A DNA stretch of 64,000 nucleotides, from positions 2,426,807-2,490,806 of the forward strand of contig JAEAOA010000900.1 of the NCBI GenBank assembly GCA_016746295.1, given 5' to 3'. This document shows, one piece after another, positions 1 to 14,861 of this stretch. The notes beneath the pieces are model-generated. The model saw only the letters and a list, made by a program, of their open reading frames with translations. It had not been told where the DNA came from and ran no database searches. Position numbers and translations under genes: made by a program. Each line of letters begins with the position of its first letter. Position 1 is the stretch's first letter. The stretch comes from Potamilus streckersoni (taxonomy: Eukaryota).

Positions 1-2896
1 TTTTCTTACTTCATTGAGGTGTCTGCTTAAGCCAAGTTTGATTGGTCTAGCCATCTGTGAAATCAAAACCATAATCTGCTTTACAACAGTAATTATACTG
101 TATTGATTTCATTGCCTTCTGGTGTAGAGATAGATTTCAAATGCAGTTGGCTGTGTTACATTAGTGCATTCAAATAGTTTAATTGTTAAGTCACAAGTAT
201 AACAAATGTACTGCAATTAGTACATTATACTCTCACCATATAAAACACTTTTTCAATGGTCAGGTACAAGAAACTTTTGAATCCCAATTTCAAAAGACAT
301 CAAGTATTTTACTCTTTCCTTGAGGGCCCTTAACTCAATTCAAATTGAGACTCTTTCATTTTGTTTCAAATTGAAAACATCTTTCCAATAAATCACCTTC
401 ATGTCATTTAACATTAAATTATAAAATGGATTCAATCAATATATCATAATACTCTTCTTATATGCCATAGACCTTCTGACCATATAAAAGGTTATGTCTT
501 AAATTAAGAATTTTAGAATTTTAACAGATCAGAATTCTTTAAACAAAAACTACACAAAGGTACACTTTAAATGTTAAATTCTTTTAAATATATCAAAATC
601 ATGTATTGTTATAATGTTATGAAATCTCATTTCAATTTCATGGACATAGGAGTGACATTTGGAAGATATTTTAAAAAAATTAAAATAGTGTCATGACATA
701 ACAACATATACTTTGAATTAATGATAAATTAGTTCTTCAAATTTCAGTTATTTATATAAACAAAATGTACCCATTTTATAAAGACTTCATGGTGTTTTAA
801 CTGTAATTAGCAGATGTCTTTTTTTCTATAATACACATAAAAGCCATTACAGTGAAAACTGCTAATAAAATCTTTTGAAACAGAAATTCTATTTCCCCAA
901 TAAAGCAACCATTAGTCATGATTGCCAAGCAGAAACATTTTAGTATTTGATTCATCCTCAGCTTCAACTAAACAGCATATCAATGTCAAAAAAGGATATA
1001 AAAATCAGCATTTGTTTCAACATCTCTACATTAAAACCCAAGTTTCAGCCACAATATGGCGAAGTCACCATGATATGAATCAGTAAATATTATACAGTGA
1101 AAGCAACCAGTGTCCGAGTTCCAGACACTGACACTCAGAAAACAAAACTACTTTGATCATTACACACTAGTTCACACAACACTTACAATATAATTGACTG
1201 GAGTCCATTAAACTCATTGATATGCACTGAAGGATCAGTAGTGGTTCACAATCAATTATTAGAAATTGTTGATTGCTGGGAAGAGGGAATCAAATTTTTG
1301 TCCAAAGATCACTAGCTCTTTGAAGACAAATACAAGATCTATCATCCAGCACTGTATTTTTCAAACTTTCTTAGCATAAAGCTCACACCAGCCCTCAAAA
1401 CCAATTACACTATTTGCAGAATATGTCAAACAATTGTTAAATGGCAAGAAAGAAACTGGAGCTAAAACAAAATTCCTGATACTGAATGAGTCAAAATTGT
1501 AATTTAAGCTAATGAAAGTTAAATTATTTGCATTTAATGCATGAGCACAGATCTGATTTCATACTCAAAGTTTTGAAAATACAGGCTGAAGCCTGACAAA
1601 ATATTCAGGGTTCCAGTCAATGATTAATGACAAGAAAATGGCAGCCAACAAAATCTAGCATATGTCTTCACCTTGGGCAGTAAACAATGAGATAATTAGT
1701 AATAGTTTTTCTTGGTCATCATGAATGGTAGCAGGCTTTGTACAACAGAAGTTATCTTCGTGTCATTACATTTCCCCCCAAAATGGAAGTTCTACCTGAA
1801 TGGAATTTTCATGGTGTATTATATATTTTATTTTCTTGAGAAAAATATAAAGCTGCCCCTGATCTTTCAAACTTTCCCCTTTAAACTTTCTACATAATAT
1901 TCAATGGGTGGGGGAGATATCAGCTCTTTCACTGGCACAACTCCAACCAAACCTACTTTGGAAACATATTTTTGTAGGTTTTTACATTTTGTATTAGCAA
2001 ATAACCTTTCTTTCATTTATTATTAAATACACCATCCATGTGCAACACACACACACACACACACACACATTCATACATAAAATGCTTAAAATCTAATCTT
2101 TTCAAACTAAACTAATTAACAGTAAAATTTTAAAATATACACTACAAAAACATTTACAACAGATGTAAAGTTGACTATCTTGCATTGTATACTGCAAATA
2201 ACATTGTATTACTTGTGAATAGTCTGGATCAACTAGAATTTAAGTTCAGCTTGCAAAATAAAGCACTCAAGCCAACTGTCCAACAATAAAACTCACCGCC
2301 TCCATCTCCGATAGCTCTTCTAATGTTTTACCATCAAGACATGGACAACAGTGAAGCAAATGCCTTAATAGCAAGGTGTTTTATAAATGCAACTTTAATT
2401 GCTATAATACATTATCAGCTATTCTAAAGCATTGCTTAAAAATGAATGGAATTAACTTGTGAAGGACCACAATTTCTGCAAAAAAATCAGTTGGTAGTAA
2501 TGCTATGTAATTGATAAATCTGTGAATTGAGAATCTGGTTCTCAAGACAGGTGGTTTCATAGCAGTATATGGTTCATATAAAAACTATAGGACCAAATTT
2601 AAGGACTTTTTGAGGGCTTTTGGTTAAATTAACTTGTCCAATTATTAAATACAAACTCTAAAACCTCTTTTACTACGTTTGTACCAAGTTCATGATCCAA
2701 GTTGTGAAATCAAGTGAAAAGGTTGGAAATATAAGCAGCAATATATAATAATTGGCATTGTCAACAAAAGTTAGAGTTGTTACTAATTTTCCTGTTTTTA
2801 GATTCATTTGTACTTTGTCAAAATACTGTATTCCATCATCCAAGCTATTCAATTTTACATATGCAATATTAACACGATTAGATTTTTTCCCCCAGA

Positions 2897-3234
2897 TTAT
2901 CTCATTCTAAACTGTTTCTTTAGCACTTCTGTATAGACAGTTGAAATGGTAAATGTTTCCTGCCCCATAGCTTCTCCCTTCTTATTGGGGGTCCTCAGCT
3001 TTAAACGTGATAGCTTCAGAGGGAGACAGGACCCAAATGTAAGCTTGGATCCACCATCTGCATCAGTATCAGTAGAGAAGTGAATTTGGATTTGATATTT
3101 TAACTTGCTAACCACTGGTGCTTTCTGCACCTCATATGCAAGGAAAGTGAATATTGCCTCATTTTTCCCAATTCTATAAACATATTGCACAAATTGCCAT
3201 AGACTTCCCTTTGAACTCCATGAGCACTTGGGAC
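2897..3234 (-). CDS. Candidate terminal coding exon (about 111 codons plus stop) of an unidentified minus-strand gene (…FTFLAYEVQKAPVVSKLKYQIQIHFSTDTDADGGSKLTFGSCLPLKLSRLKLRTPNKKGEAMGQETFTISTVYTEVLKKQFRMR*)
   Basis: A 350-nt open frame in AT-rich DNA, preceded by an acceptor-like aattgtag|GTCCC. The ORF-track start is TTG. I do not recognise the protein. Confidence 0.3.
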
Positions 3235-6200
3235 CTACAATTTGCAATTAAACACAATTTCCACATCATTAAAGCAGACAACAAAGTTGGCAGTTACATG
3301 CTTCATCTGTCATCTGCACTTAACATTTTACAAGCAGTAACAACACCTATACTATGCTCTAAATTCCAAGTAAAATTTATCACAGTTTGGCTATAAGATA
3401 AAGGAAAATATAATACCAAAGGTATCCAAATAAATTTGTTTTAAAATGTAGGATCAGAATATCGTTATAATCTGGTTTTCTCACAAGATACTTAAAGTAG
3501 AAATGAAACAAAAGGTCCAACAATGGAAATTTAAAGATCTTTCAAAAGGTTTTTCCTACCCTTCTTTTAAAATATAATTTTCAAGGGTCAATAAAATCAT
3601 CCATCATATTCAAGTGTTATCTAAGACCTGTCATACATTGGTCTTTTCAGACAGGCTATACTACTGCTGTAGTGTTTTAGCTAGTTAGGATTAAATAGGG
3701 GTCAATTTGGCCTTCATTTGAAAAAGTTGGCCAGAAGTGTGATCATAATGCACCTGCCTAATAATATACCATTTTTACATGTTTATTTTACCTGTTATTT
3801 GCATGAAAGACAAAATACTTTCTTTTCTTTACAATTTTTCTATTTGATACCTACAACAAATTTCTAACAGCATGCCAGAAATCCATCTTGAATGTTATGC
3901 TCCAAAATTACTATCATTAACCTTGACAAAGTTTCAACTTTCACATAATTTCTTGTGGATGGATGATTGCTTTTCTTCTTTCATTTCACAATTTAGCAGC
4001 CAATTCTGTCAGAAACTTCACTTTTTATTTGTAGGTGTTAAAAAGTTTGCTCACTAGAGTAATCACCACAGCAGTCATTTTTATCACTTTCAAGATTACA
4101 TTATCTGGGTGTTTTTTAAAAGCAAAACTTTGCTGCCTTTACAAATGCAAATGGCACTGCATCAAGGCCATATCAAATGTCTTGAAGTATGACTTGCTAA
4201 AAATCACAGAGATAACAAATTATTCTTTCCAAGTCAGAAATAAAATGGGTTACCTCAAATGCTACTTGAATCTGTTCCTTATTTTCAAAGCTAATGTTCT
4301 TTTGCAGCATACTATGATTATTTTCAATCAAGCAATATGATGGGATGATCGAAGTATTCAATTATTTTCGTACAAGAGTTTCATCATCTTGAGATAAGGA
4401 GAATGGATGATAATATACTAAACTCAGCAACCAGTGCAAGAGAAATCTGATAATTTTCATTATAAAAAGCAGTCTCAACATTTAATAAATGGTAGGTGCA
4501 TCTGTATTTTACACCACTTGTTTGTTTCAGCCAAGCTGAAGCACAGCTGTAGTATCAGATGTAAAAACAAATTATGGAAATGTTTTCCTGCAGTTGGCTA
4601 GTTTTAAATTACATTATCTTACAAAAAAATGGGCAAATTATGCCTTTTAATACACAAGTAATGAAAGCTTTTACTTCTAGTTACATATGCATTTCAGAAT
4701 TGTAAAAACTATGCAGTGTGCAACCCTATCCCACTTTTTGGAATGAATATACACTTAAGCAAGTTGTAGGCTATCAGATTGGACTTTTAAAATTTCATGA
4801 AAGCTAGGGACTGATGCCGGAAATTAGAATCCTCTTTATATGTTGCCCATACTAGTGTGCAACTGGGAGTAATGTCACGAGGTAATGTCTAAAACTGATT
4901 TAAGCAAAGCCCCCCTCCCCCTCTCCATCAGAAAAGTATAATATTGTATGCAAAGACTCGCATCCATTCATGCATGGTCCAAAGAAATCAATAAACTAAC
5001 ATTCAAACAAACAATACACTAGATTCTATGTGCAGGGAGTGAAAATCACACTTTCAAAATCTTGGTTTTCATTCCTTGCTATGACTAGTTTGCTCAAATC
5101 AAATGAGAAAAGAACAATAGAAAAAAAATTGCATAAAAGTTCAAGCAATGCTTAGCAATGCAGAGCACAGAAACCAAATGTAGGCAAGAAATGGGAATAT
5201 GAAGATACAACACTACAAATATCTTCAGCGTACAAGTTGGAGCTAATTAATAAAAAAAAAAAGAGGAAAGAGGGGCAGCTTTCAGGTTGTAATAAAAAAA
5301 ATATGGAAAGAAATAAAAAATAATTCATGGGACATGGATGCCCCACCAGTCTCAGAAAGGATGATCTGAATGCAAAGCTTAACTTTAGGGTGAGAGATGG
5401 TTTTAGTTAATATAATAATTACTAAGAAAGAAAGAATAGAATGGAAAGTTACAAATCACAGAAAATATATCGAAATATAAAAGTGTTAAAAAGGTCGATA
5501 ATAAATCAATATTGATCACAGATATACAACATATCTATACAATATTACTCAACACATCACTACATTGTTATTCTAGTCAAGCAATACAATTGTAACCATA
5601 CACAGCTTTTTAAAAACTTGTTTTACAATAATTGTCATAGTATTTATACCTCCTCCAATTTGTTTGTAGCCCTCTACAAATTTCAAAAGCAAAATACATT
5701 AATGTTAAAAAATTACACAAAACTTTCAATATAAAATTTCTAAACTGACTGTTGCCAAGGGGTCCATAACACTGCTAACTTCTTGGTAGTTTCAATTAAA
5801 CAGGAGGTCAGTAACACCACTGCCATATTTTCAAGAGTGAGTCTGTTTTCAAAGAACAGATGTGACATAGCTCACAGGTTTTGATAATCTCAACAATTCT
5901 GTAAATTTAAGTGTTACACCCCTCTCAACACACAAAAATGAGTTCCTCCTTTTTCTTTGTTCATTTTTTTAAAAAATAATAAAACTGGACTGCAAATATT
6001 GGACTTTTTGTTTTACTGATATGGACTGTTCTAGAAACCAGAAAAGAACAGTGAGCAGTCTGTCTGCTTCTTTACATTGACAGCTTTTGTTCTGGCTTGA
6101 AATAATAAGTTGCGTGTTAGGGACCCCCTGGCAACAATCAGTTTAGAAATTATAAATTGAAGAAAAGGACAAAGTTTTGTACATTTCCATACTCTTGATG

Positions 6201-6666
6201 CTTTTTCATTTTAAAATCAGTAGGGGGTGAAAAATAATGGGACAGGATACAAATACTATATTACATATACAAACTTGCTGTACTCTAAAAGATAGTTTTG
6301 CCCCCCCCCCCCGAGTATTTAACTGATACACAGAACATGGACTATTAGTTATACCTACCTGTTTCTGCTTTATCTATATCATATGCATGTATATGAAAAA
6401 CTAGGTACTGTATATATACGATTCTAAATCATGCCCACCTACAAACAGCACAGACCCTGATATGCCATTATATAATGCAATGGCAGGTCATTTATTTTAA
6501 TAATTACTCTTAACAAACAGCATATATCTTGACCTACAGGCACATTATGTAATGGCAGATATGGGTCTAATCAGTCTTAAACTGGACTTGACTTTCAAGA
6601 TAGCATATACAGTACTTGTCAATACAACATGGATGTCACCCACCAATATGATGCCACTGAGAGCCA

Positions 6667-7260
6667 AGCAGACCTGCTAACTTATGAGTTTGTCTCAGTA
6701 AGGCTTTCAATTTTTCCCCCATAAGTTTGACCAGTTTTCAGTAAGGTGTAATAAAATATCAAACTGCTACTGTAAACCTAGAAAATGTACTTAAAAGTTT
6801 GGTTTTTAAAACGTGTAGAGATGATAAACATTATGTTCAATTGAAAAGTTTATAAATATGCATAGACTTTTTTTACCACTAGTACACAACTTTAGTTCCA
6901 AACCTTATGCAGCTCAATGGCTTGTTGCTATCTCTCATCTTGATGTAATTCTTGGAAATTCTTTTTCCATTTCACATGACAATAGCAATCATATCTCAAG
7001 CCAAGAGTAAGACTCAAATTAGCACATGATGTCCAATAAATGTAATTGTGTTCCTTCCGTCTTTTATTCAAAAGAATCTATTTTTATTCTTCTGTGTTGA
7101 TTATTAACATTTGCAAGAGGCTTCTTTTCTCTTTCGTCTTAAACATGCATCACTTCCTGGACACCATTTTTAAAAAAAATTACATAATCAACAATTTGAT
7201 CATGAAGATGCTTCATATGAACAAATATGTGCAGTTTAATATGTCTGAGAAACTGCTCTA
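6667..7260 (+). repeat. Dispersed repeat of about 600 bp, copy 1 (the second copy is at 50455-51072)
   Basis: The two copies align collinearly along their whole length. They share cagacctgc.aac…tcagtaagg…taagtttgacc.gttttcagtaaggtgtaa…ttaccactagtaca…gctgaatggcttgttgct.tctctca…gatgtccaa…gttgattattaaca…gtcttaaacatgcat…. Confidence 0.7.
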
Positions 7261-8883
7261 AAGTAAAATGGTTCCCTGACTAATTGCACTAATTCAGTAT
7301 GAAACCCAAAACCAGATCAAACATGGATAAAAACATTTTTGGATTTGTTGGCAATGATCATATTTTCGTAGTTTTTGCTTTTATTCCATATTTTACGGGT
7401 AATTTTGTTAAGACTTAAAGCAAAATTGTAGGGTTGGCAGGTCTGGGCCAAGTTCCAGGTCAAATATGGACCATAACAACACAACAGATGGCCACGAAGT
7501 ACTTAAAATGCTTTCTCCTTAGATATGGTAGTAGCACCAAAAAACAAACAAACAAGCAAGCAAAGTACAGCCACACTTTGTACATAAGCAAACTGAACAC
7601 GTGTATGTATGCTGTTATTTTATTCACTGGGTTACAGTCTGTCATTTACTTCACTTATTAGTACAGCCTCTTTATTTCATTTATATAATTTTATTCGAAG
7701 TTATTTATCTGATACATAGTCAGAGTTAGATGTGGGACTGCTTGTGAATGTCCATGTTGAGTGCCATACTACATTTATTTATGCATTTGAAAAGTCTTCA
7801 CAATCTGTAAGCTGAACTGGATAGGTACCAGTCTTGCTTGTTTATAATGGGTAAATTGCTAGTAACATAACTCTAACATGATAGAGTCACTCAAAAGGAA
7901 CATGCAGTTTTTGGTACAGAAGTCACATAGTACAAACTCCAATATCTAATTTCTTTTCTATGAATCATTTAGCTATTTCAATCCTAAAAGTCATTAGCTT
8001 TATTAATCAGTTTTATGACTAATAAAACATATCCACTAACAACATTTTTCCCATCTGTCCAAATAATCATGGTTTTCATGGAGACAAAGTAAGACATATA
8101 AAATACCAAAAAAGAAAAGTTCTAAGACTGACCATTCCTGAATACCATCCTATGGACTATCCAGAGTCCACAATAATTCTGGCAATTGTTATCTTTGCCA
8201 GATTTTTATATTTATATTTTTTAAATAGATGCTTATTACTGACCTATTCTGACAATCACAATGGCATTTATCCACCACTCAGTTATACCATAACTTGTAT
8301 GCATTTAATATTGTGCATCAAAATAAAGCTAGAAAAGAACAACTTTTTAAAATTCAAGCATTATCTCTTTCAGTTAATCAATTAACATTTCTTTGTATAA
8401 AGTAGAATCAAGTTCTTTGTCCAAAATTTCATTGTTTCATCATAAAAAAAAAATCTAGATGAGTATACTTGTAAACCTAAGAGTATATGACCAAATAAGT
8501 TTTCTCTGATTTCATGGGTGATGACTATCTTGGTAAAATCTGAACTTTCTGTTCTATCTTTAACTGCTGACATATTTGTCAAATGATCTAGATCAGCTGC
8601 ACGAGAACTATTTTAATGAAAAATTTGCTTCCCTGAAAAAGGAACAATTTTTTAAACATATTTTACATTCTACAGTAAATACCTAAGACAAAGTATGCTG
8701 ACATTATTTTTCTGGTGGACTTCAATTAAAAATTCAGATTATATATGTAAGCATTTTAGTGCAATTTTTATCAAACAATAGCATTTTTTATTTACATTTT
8801 CCCCCCTCACTTTAATTTAAATTTCAATGACAAATGAAGTTACATGGAGAGAATGTTATCCTAATATGAAACAAATTTAAATA

Positions 8884-8984
<101 letters not shown>

Positions 8985-11900
8985 AAAACAATCTGATAAA
9001 TGTCTGGAAAGATGAATGAAATGCATTTTTAATGGATAGAAATTTTTGTCTTGTTCAAAAAAAAATAATGCATAATTATACAATTCCAACAGCCAAGTGT
9101 TCACTAAAAAATGTGATTAATGCTATCATTTATGGAATAAAAATGTTGCCTCAATTAAAGCATTCATTTACATGCAAGACAAAAGCATCTGCTACATATA
9201 AGGAAGATGTTGTAGTGAAAATATTTCAATATATCAGTATGAATTCTCATCTTTCTTGGTAGCCTTGCAATTTACTTTTCCTATGTCATACTTCCTTCTC
9301 ATTGGATTTCAAGTAAGCCTTTTGACTTCCATTAAAATACTTAGGTTTTAATATTACTCAGAGCAGACATCACACAAAAAATTTTGGTAAAAAAAGAGAA
9401 CAAGAGAATGCACCAAAGATGCATTACAATGACATACAACCCCAGACTGAGTTATCATTAGACTCTGACTAAACCATAGGTTTAATTTCAAGTCTTTTTC
9501 AGATAGATTATATTCAGCTGTGTTTACTTCAAGATGACAGAGAAAGAATTTATTTAAAATGAAGAAATATTATATAGATTATTACAAACAACAGTTTGGA
9601 ACTCATAAGGGCAAAGACAGTTAAGATCAGATTCCTTCTGGCCATCTTCAATCATTCAAGTCTTCATCACTATGAAAAACTCAGTCTAGACATCACTGTT
9701 GCAAGTCATTGGTTTAAATCCACTGCACTCTGTTCTTACATGTGGCTGCCTGTGACAGGATTTTTTTTTCTTAACACAATATGCATAAACAAAGAAATGT
9801 CATCAACAACACAGTGAATCAAGCTCTTGCACATTAAAGTGCCTTACATCAACTGATAAGCATTTGAAAACGAAAACTCCACACTGTGTTGGATCAACTT
9901 TTCGATAAAATTTTACTCAGAATCTCAGGGATTTCTTAAACAGGTTTATGCACATTCATTAGAAATGAGGAAATATTATATGCAGTCACAAGTGAAAACA
10001 AAAAGAGAGAAGTAAATTTTCACCTGTGGCTTGTGATGATGATCTAGACATATAAAGCAAAACATCATTCTTCTGGACACTAATGACCCCATATTTTTTT
10101 TGTCTCAATCAAGGAGGGATCTACATTGTGGGACTTCTTGTAAATGTGGTTAAAAAGTGCTTTCACTTTCTATAAGCCTTAAATACTTGTGTAATTTAAT
10201 TTAAACAATTTGGAATATCTGTTCCAAAAAGGGAAATTTTGCTAATTTTATTACAGCTATTGCAGCTCCAGAGAGATTCTGATATATATTTTCTATAATT
10301 TAGCTTTGGAAGAAAAAAAAGACGATGCTCAAAATCTGTTCCCAATCTGTCTTTGGATCCCAAGGCATTTAATTAAGTTCCGTCCAGACTAATGAGGCTT
10401 CACCGAAGATGTGAAGGCCATCAACCTTATCACCTAAAGGCAACATGCTATGGAATTAATATCCCCTAACAGTGCCCAGAAAGTGTCATTTGACCTTCTC
10501 ATTGGAATCATAAATTTTGCATATGATCGACTGCCCCCGATTGGGAAAATGAACTTTGCATGTGTCATTAAACAGGCAAAAAATGAATATACTAACACTT
10601 CAAGAATGTATTTATTGTGGCAGTAGCAGTCTTTTTTGGCCATATGCATCATCTGATTTCTTCTTTTTAGCACCATTTTTAAAAAATTGATTTTTTCTGC
10701 TATTTATCGACTCAGTTTATTTAGTTCTAAATTTGCTACAAGTGATATTTTTCTACATTTCTTAAAACAATTTTATAAGTCATGGTAGTAAAATATTACT
10801 ACAATAGTAAAAATCTTCAAAATCAATGAAACACAACTGTTTTGTAAGCTAAATACAGCAGTATCAATTGATACCAGAGGATGTGGGGATTTTAAACCCA
10901 GCCAACCAACTGTAATTGTTGATCACAAATATCCCCATACGACATCTATATATGTTTATGGCTGAGGGGTGGCTTCCGATTAAAATGCTTATCTGCATCA
11001 TTACTGATGTGAGGCATAATTCTTATTATAAAATAACCACAGATATTAGTATGTATTATGAATATGAATGGTACATGAACAACTAAAAACCGGTTGATTA
11101 TTATTCCTTATTAATCACTGTTTAGTGAGATAAGAAACTCAAGATCTAAATAATATTTTTCAGTTAAACAGATCAGCATCATGATATTGAATTTTAATAA
11201 TAAAGAGTTGATTACTGACTTGCTTAAGCTCTGCATATGACCCTTTCGAACAGCTAGTAATGACCCAATGTAGAAAGCTGGGCCTTGGTAAAATCTGATA
11301 ATAAATCAATAATACCTTCATTATCCTAGCATATTTTGTTGCAGAGTTACATATTCTTTAAGTGAAAAAAAAAAGTATTACAAATCAAGGATGTATTTTT
11401 CTATATAAGATTCTGCATACAGATAATCTAAAATATGTACTTATAATTCTTGCAACATACATATAACCTGACATATATAATTACAAGTGGATACAAGAAA
11501 AAAGAAAATGCTCCAAAAGTATGATTACTTTGATTGGGACATGTTTGACTGTTTAAGATTTTGACATCTCTCCTCTTTCATTCATTGCTTCTTTCTTCGT
11601 TAAACTCAACATTTCTTGAATAAGCATTAGTATAATAATTTGACATCAAACAACCATAATAACCCAAGGGTGAGTGTGTGTGTGTGTGTGTGTGAGATGT
11701 TAAAACTTGAAAACTTTTTTAATACTGATTAGTGAAGACCTTTAAATTCTTCCAAAGTTGTAACTATGATTAATCTCCAGTATAATTATGTAATCTTTAA
11801 CTTTTGAGTTGATACACAAAACTTATCAGGTTTTCTTGCATACTTTTACATATATGCTCATATTGATAAATTTCAAGACTTTTATTTCCCCACTATATTT

Positions 11901-12798
11901 TTTCATTATGAAATACTTGAGAGAATATTTACTTTATCAAGAAATTGTTTTTCTTATCTACTTGCATGTATGATAAATGGTTTGCTGAATAATCCCAACT
12001 GCTAATTTTCACAGGACCCAGTATATACTAAATTCAAATACATTCTCAACATTTTCAAATACACATCTCATGAATTCCACGAAAAATACTTTCAAAACTT
12101 TTCTTTTCCTCAAAATAAATCTAAACAATTTCAAACTGTAAACAATCATTTGCAATCAACCCTCAAAAATTTTATGTGTGATGTTAAAAGTCATGTAGTA
12201 GTGTATATAATTGGATACATTTAAACCTATAATAACTACAAAAATAACTTTTTTTTTACAAACAGTTATGCCTTGCTGCAGTAATATTTATGTCTTGGAC
12301 TCTGATTTCAGTTGTCTACTGCTACTTTTCCATCTGTATTGCTTTCTGCATCCTTCTTTCCTAGAATTTAGTGATCTTCCTGGATGTAACTTCTTCCCTA
12401 ATACTGCTGACTGAAATAAGATAAATCAGGTATGAGAAATAGTTTGATTTCTTCCACAGTTAGCTCAACCTATCTGGTTCCATTTGCAGGCAGGACTAAA
12501 ACCCACTCCCTTCTGGCCTTTGACATGGTATTATAATTTTTGCCACTTTTCATAGATACAAATTTTAATGGATTTTGTTATTGTCCTGAATTATGAATTT
12601 AAAGACCTAATGAAAAATTAGCTACAAGAAATGAAAGCCCCCTTCCATTTTCTTACTGAAGCATTTCTAGTGATTGACAAAAGTTATCTGATGAATAAAT
12701 TTCAGTACTTGTCAAAAATTAGCTTTTGCATGAGCCTATATCAAATTAACCCTTAAAATGAACTCTTTATAAGAATTATAAAACATTTATGTTGTTTC

Positions 12799-12799
<1 letters not shown>

Positions 12800-12834
<35 letters not shown>
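12800..12834. repeat. (CA)17 microsatellite
   Basis: Direct reading. Confidence 0.95.
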
Positions 12835-12838
<4 letters not shown>

Positions 12839-14162
12839 GAGTATCCAAGACCTGTAGCTTTTGCTCACTATCTGAAATTAATAGAGATAAACTAGGAAGG
12901 GGGGGGAAAAAAAAGAAAGAAAAGCACAAGATATTCAAAGAATAGTATTAAACAGAAAAATAATGATGTTAGCATGCAAAAACTGGATATAATACTTATT
13001 CATATAAATTTTAAATAGAGCGTAACTGTTGTCAAACAATTTAAATCCATTTGAAACATCTCATTTATCCGTGCTTAATCCAAATGAACAACAACATCGT
13101 AAATGCTAGAACTAATGCTTAAAGCACAAGTACTAGATGTGTGTGATATTACCTGTATACTGGTTACCAATGTATTTATTCATGGTGGTATATACCATGG
13201 TACTTTTAACTATTCCAGTACTTTTGTAGTTTCTATAAGCATGGAACATATGGATATCCACAGCATGTTTTCAATCTATACAACAAAATTATTATTTTCT
13301 TTGGAACAGTTGTATTTTGTCACAAGTTAATTTTGAGTATTATAAATGTAATTATATTCATGATCTTTATTCTCATATTTGTCACATGTCACATATGTCA
13401 ATGAGGAAGTATTACATACACTAATGTGGATTTATGAAAGACATTCAGTTCAAACCCATACTTTGGAGGAAAATTACAGATTAAAAAAAAAAACAAAACA
13501 TTTTTTTAGTTACTATTATATGTTCACATGTTAAGGACAAGTGCTCCTTTGTAAGAAAAAGATACATCACAAGATTTTGCAGGACAGCAATTGTTTTGTT
13601 TGAAGTTCACATAATTTCTCAAGTAAACTAAAAAATTACTTATTTGCCGAGTCAGTGTTTTATGTTTACTGACAATTGCCTGGATGTTAGCCTCCCAAAG
13701 TTTCCCTATCCATTAGATCCATTGTTTAGCAAGTACATTATAGGCTTTATTTTCAAGACATCTTATTTTTATGAAAAAGCTCTCAAATATCAGAACAATT
13801 TCTTTTACAGGGTGTCAGAAGAAAGTTAATCAAATCACTTTAATTAAGTTTTTAGATTACAACTTACACAACAATTAACATAATCATCAAAATTCATCTC
13901 CTATTAAGGTATGGACAATTTTATCAGATGGGGTGGGGTCTGCAATTTTCTTTTGAGCTCGGATATTTTATTTTCTTTAATCTCAAGACAATTTTTTTTT
14001 TCTCCAACTAATATAATGGATACCTTCTGGTAAATTATCATTGAATTGTTGAACCTGCCAAATGAATTGTACAAGAGGCAGCTGAACACATGATTGATTC
14101 ATTGCAGAATGACATCCAACCAACAGGGACTTTGGTTGAATTTACACTCTTTATGGAATCAT

Positions 14163-14356
14163 TCATAAAGGACATCTGCAAAGATGGCATGTGTGTGTGT
14201 GTGTGTGTGTGTTCAAATGCGGATATCTGTGGACAAGGGGGTGTAAAGGATTTTGTGGATATCTGCAAAATAGCATTTTTGTTATGGTATTCGTGTTGAA
14301 CAGCTGTTTTAGACCTACTGTGTTTATTCCAATATGTTTGCAGATGTCCTTTATGG
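14163..14356. repeat. Perfect 19-bp inverted repeat (cataaaggacatctgcaaa / tttgcagatgtcctttatg) enclosing a (TG)n microsatellite; a third related copy lies at about 14527
   Basis: 14163-14181 versus 14338-14356. tgtcctttatggacaacccctaagccatgtgtg at 14527 is related. Possible MITE or hairpin. Confidence 0.5.
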
Positions 14357-14861
14357 GTGATCCCGAAGTATAAATTATTTGTTAATTTCAATTTGTATGA
14401 TTCATGCCACAGAACACATATGAATGAATCAGAGAGCAGTTTATAATACTAGATGGTGGGTAAGCCACATGTGGACAAAAGTGGACAAAGAGAGGGTCTT
14501 TTTTAAATAGGAAAACAGGTATTATCTGCTTATGTCCTTTATGGACAACCCCTAAGCCATGTGTGTTAACATCACCATCATCAGAAAGTACTGATGGTGC
14601 AACTTTATGAACAATGTTGTAAGAGATCATAAACATGTGTTTTCAGTAAATGATCAGTTAGTATTGTTGGCTGCATCAGTTCCATTTGAAGTTGATCACT
14701 CAGATGAATCTTGACAAGTATTTGATATGTGCTCATACTGATGGTGTTATTTTAGCCACTGTTGTAAGCAGTTTGCTTTTTTTCTTTATTTTGGGTCTCT
14801 ATTGAGGTTAATTCACATAATTAAAGACCTATATATTTTAATATTTAATTTTTTCAGTCAC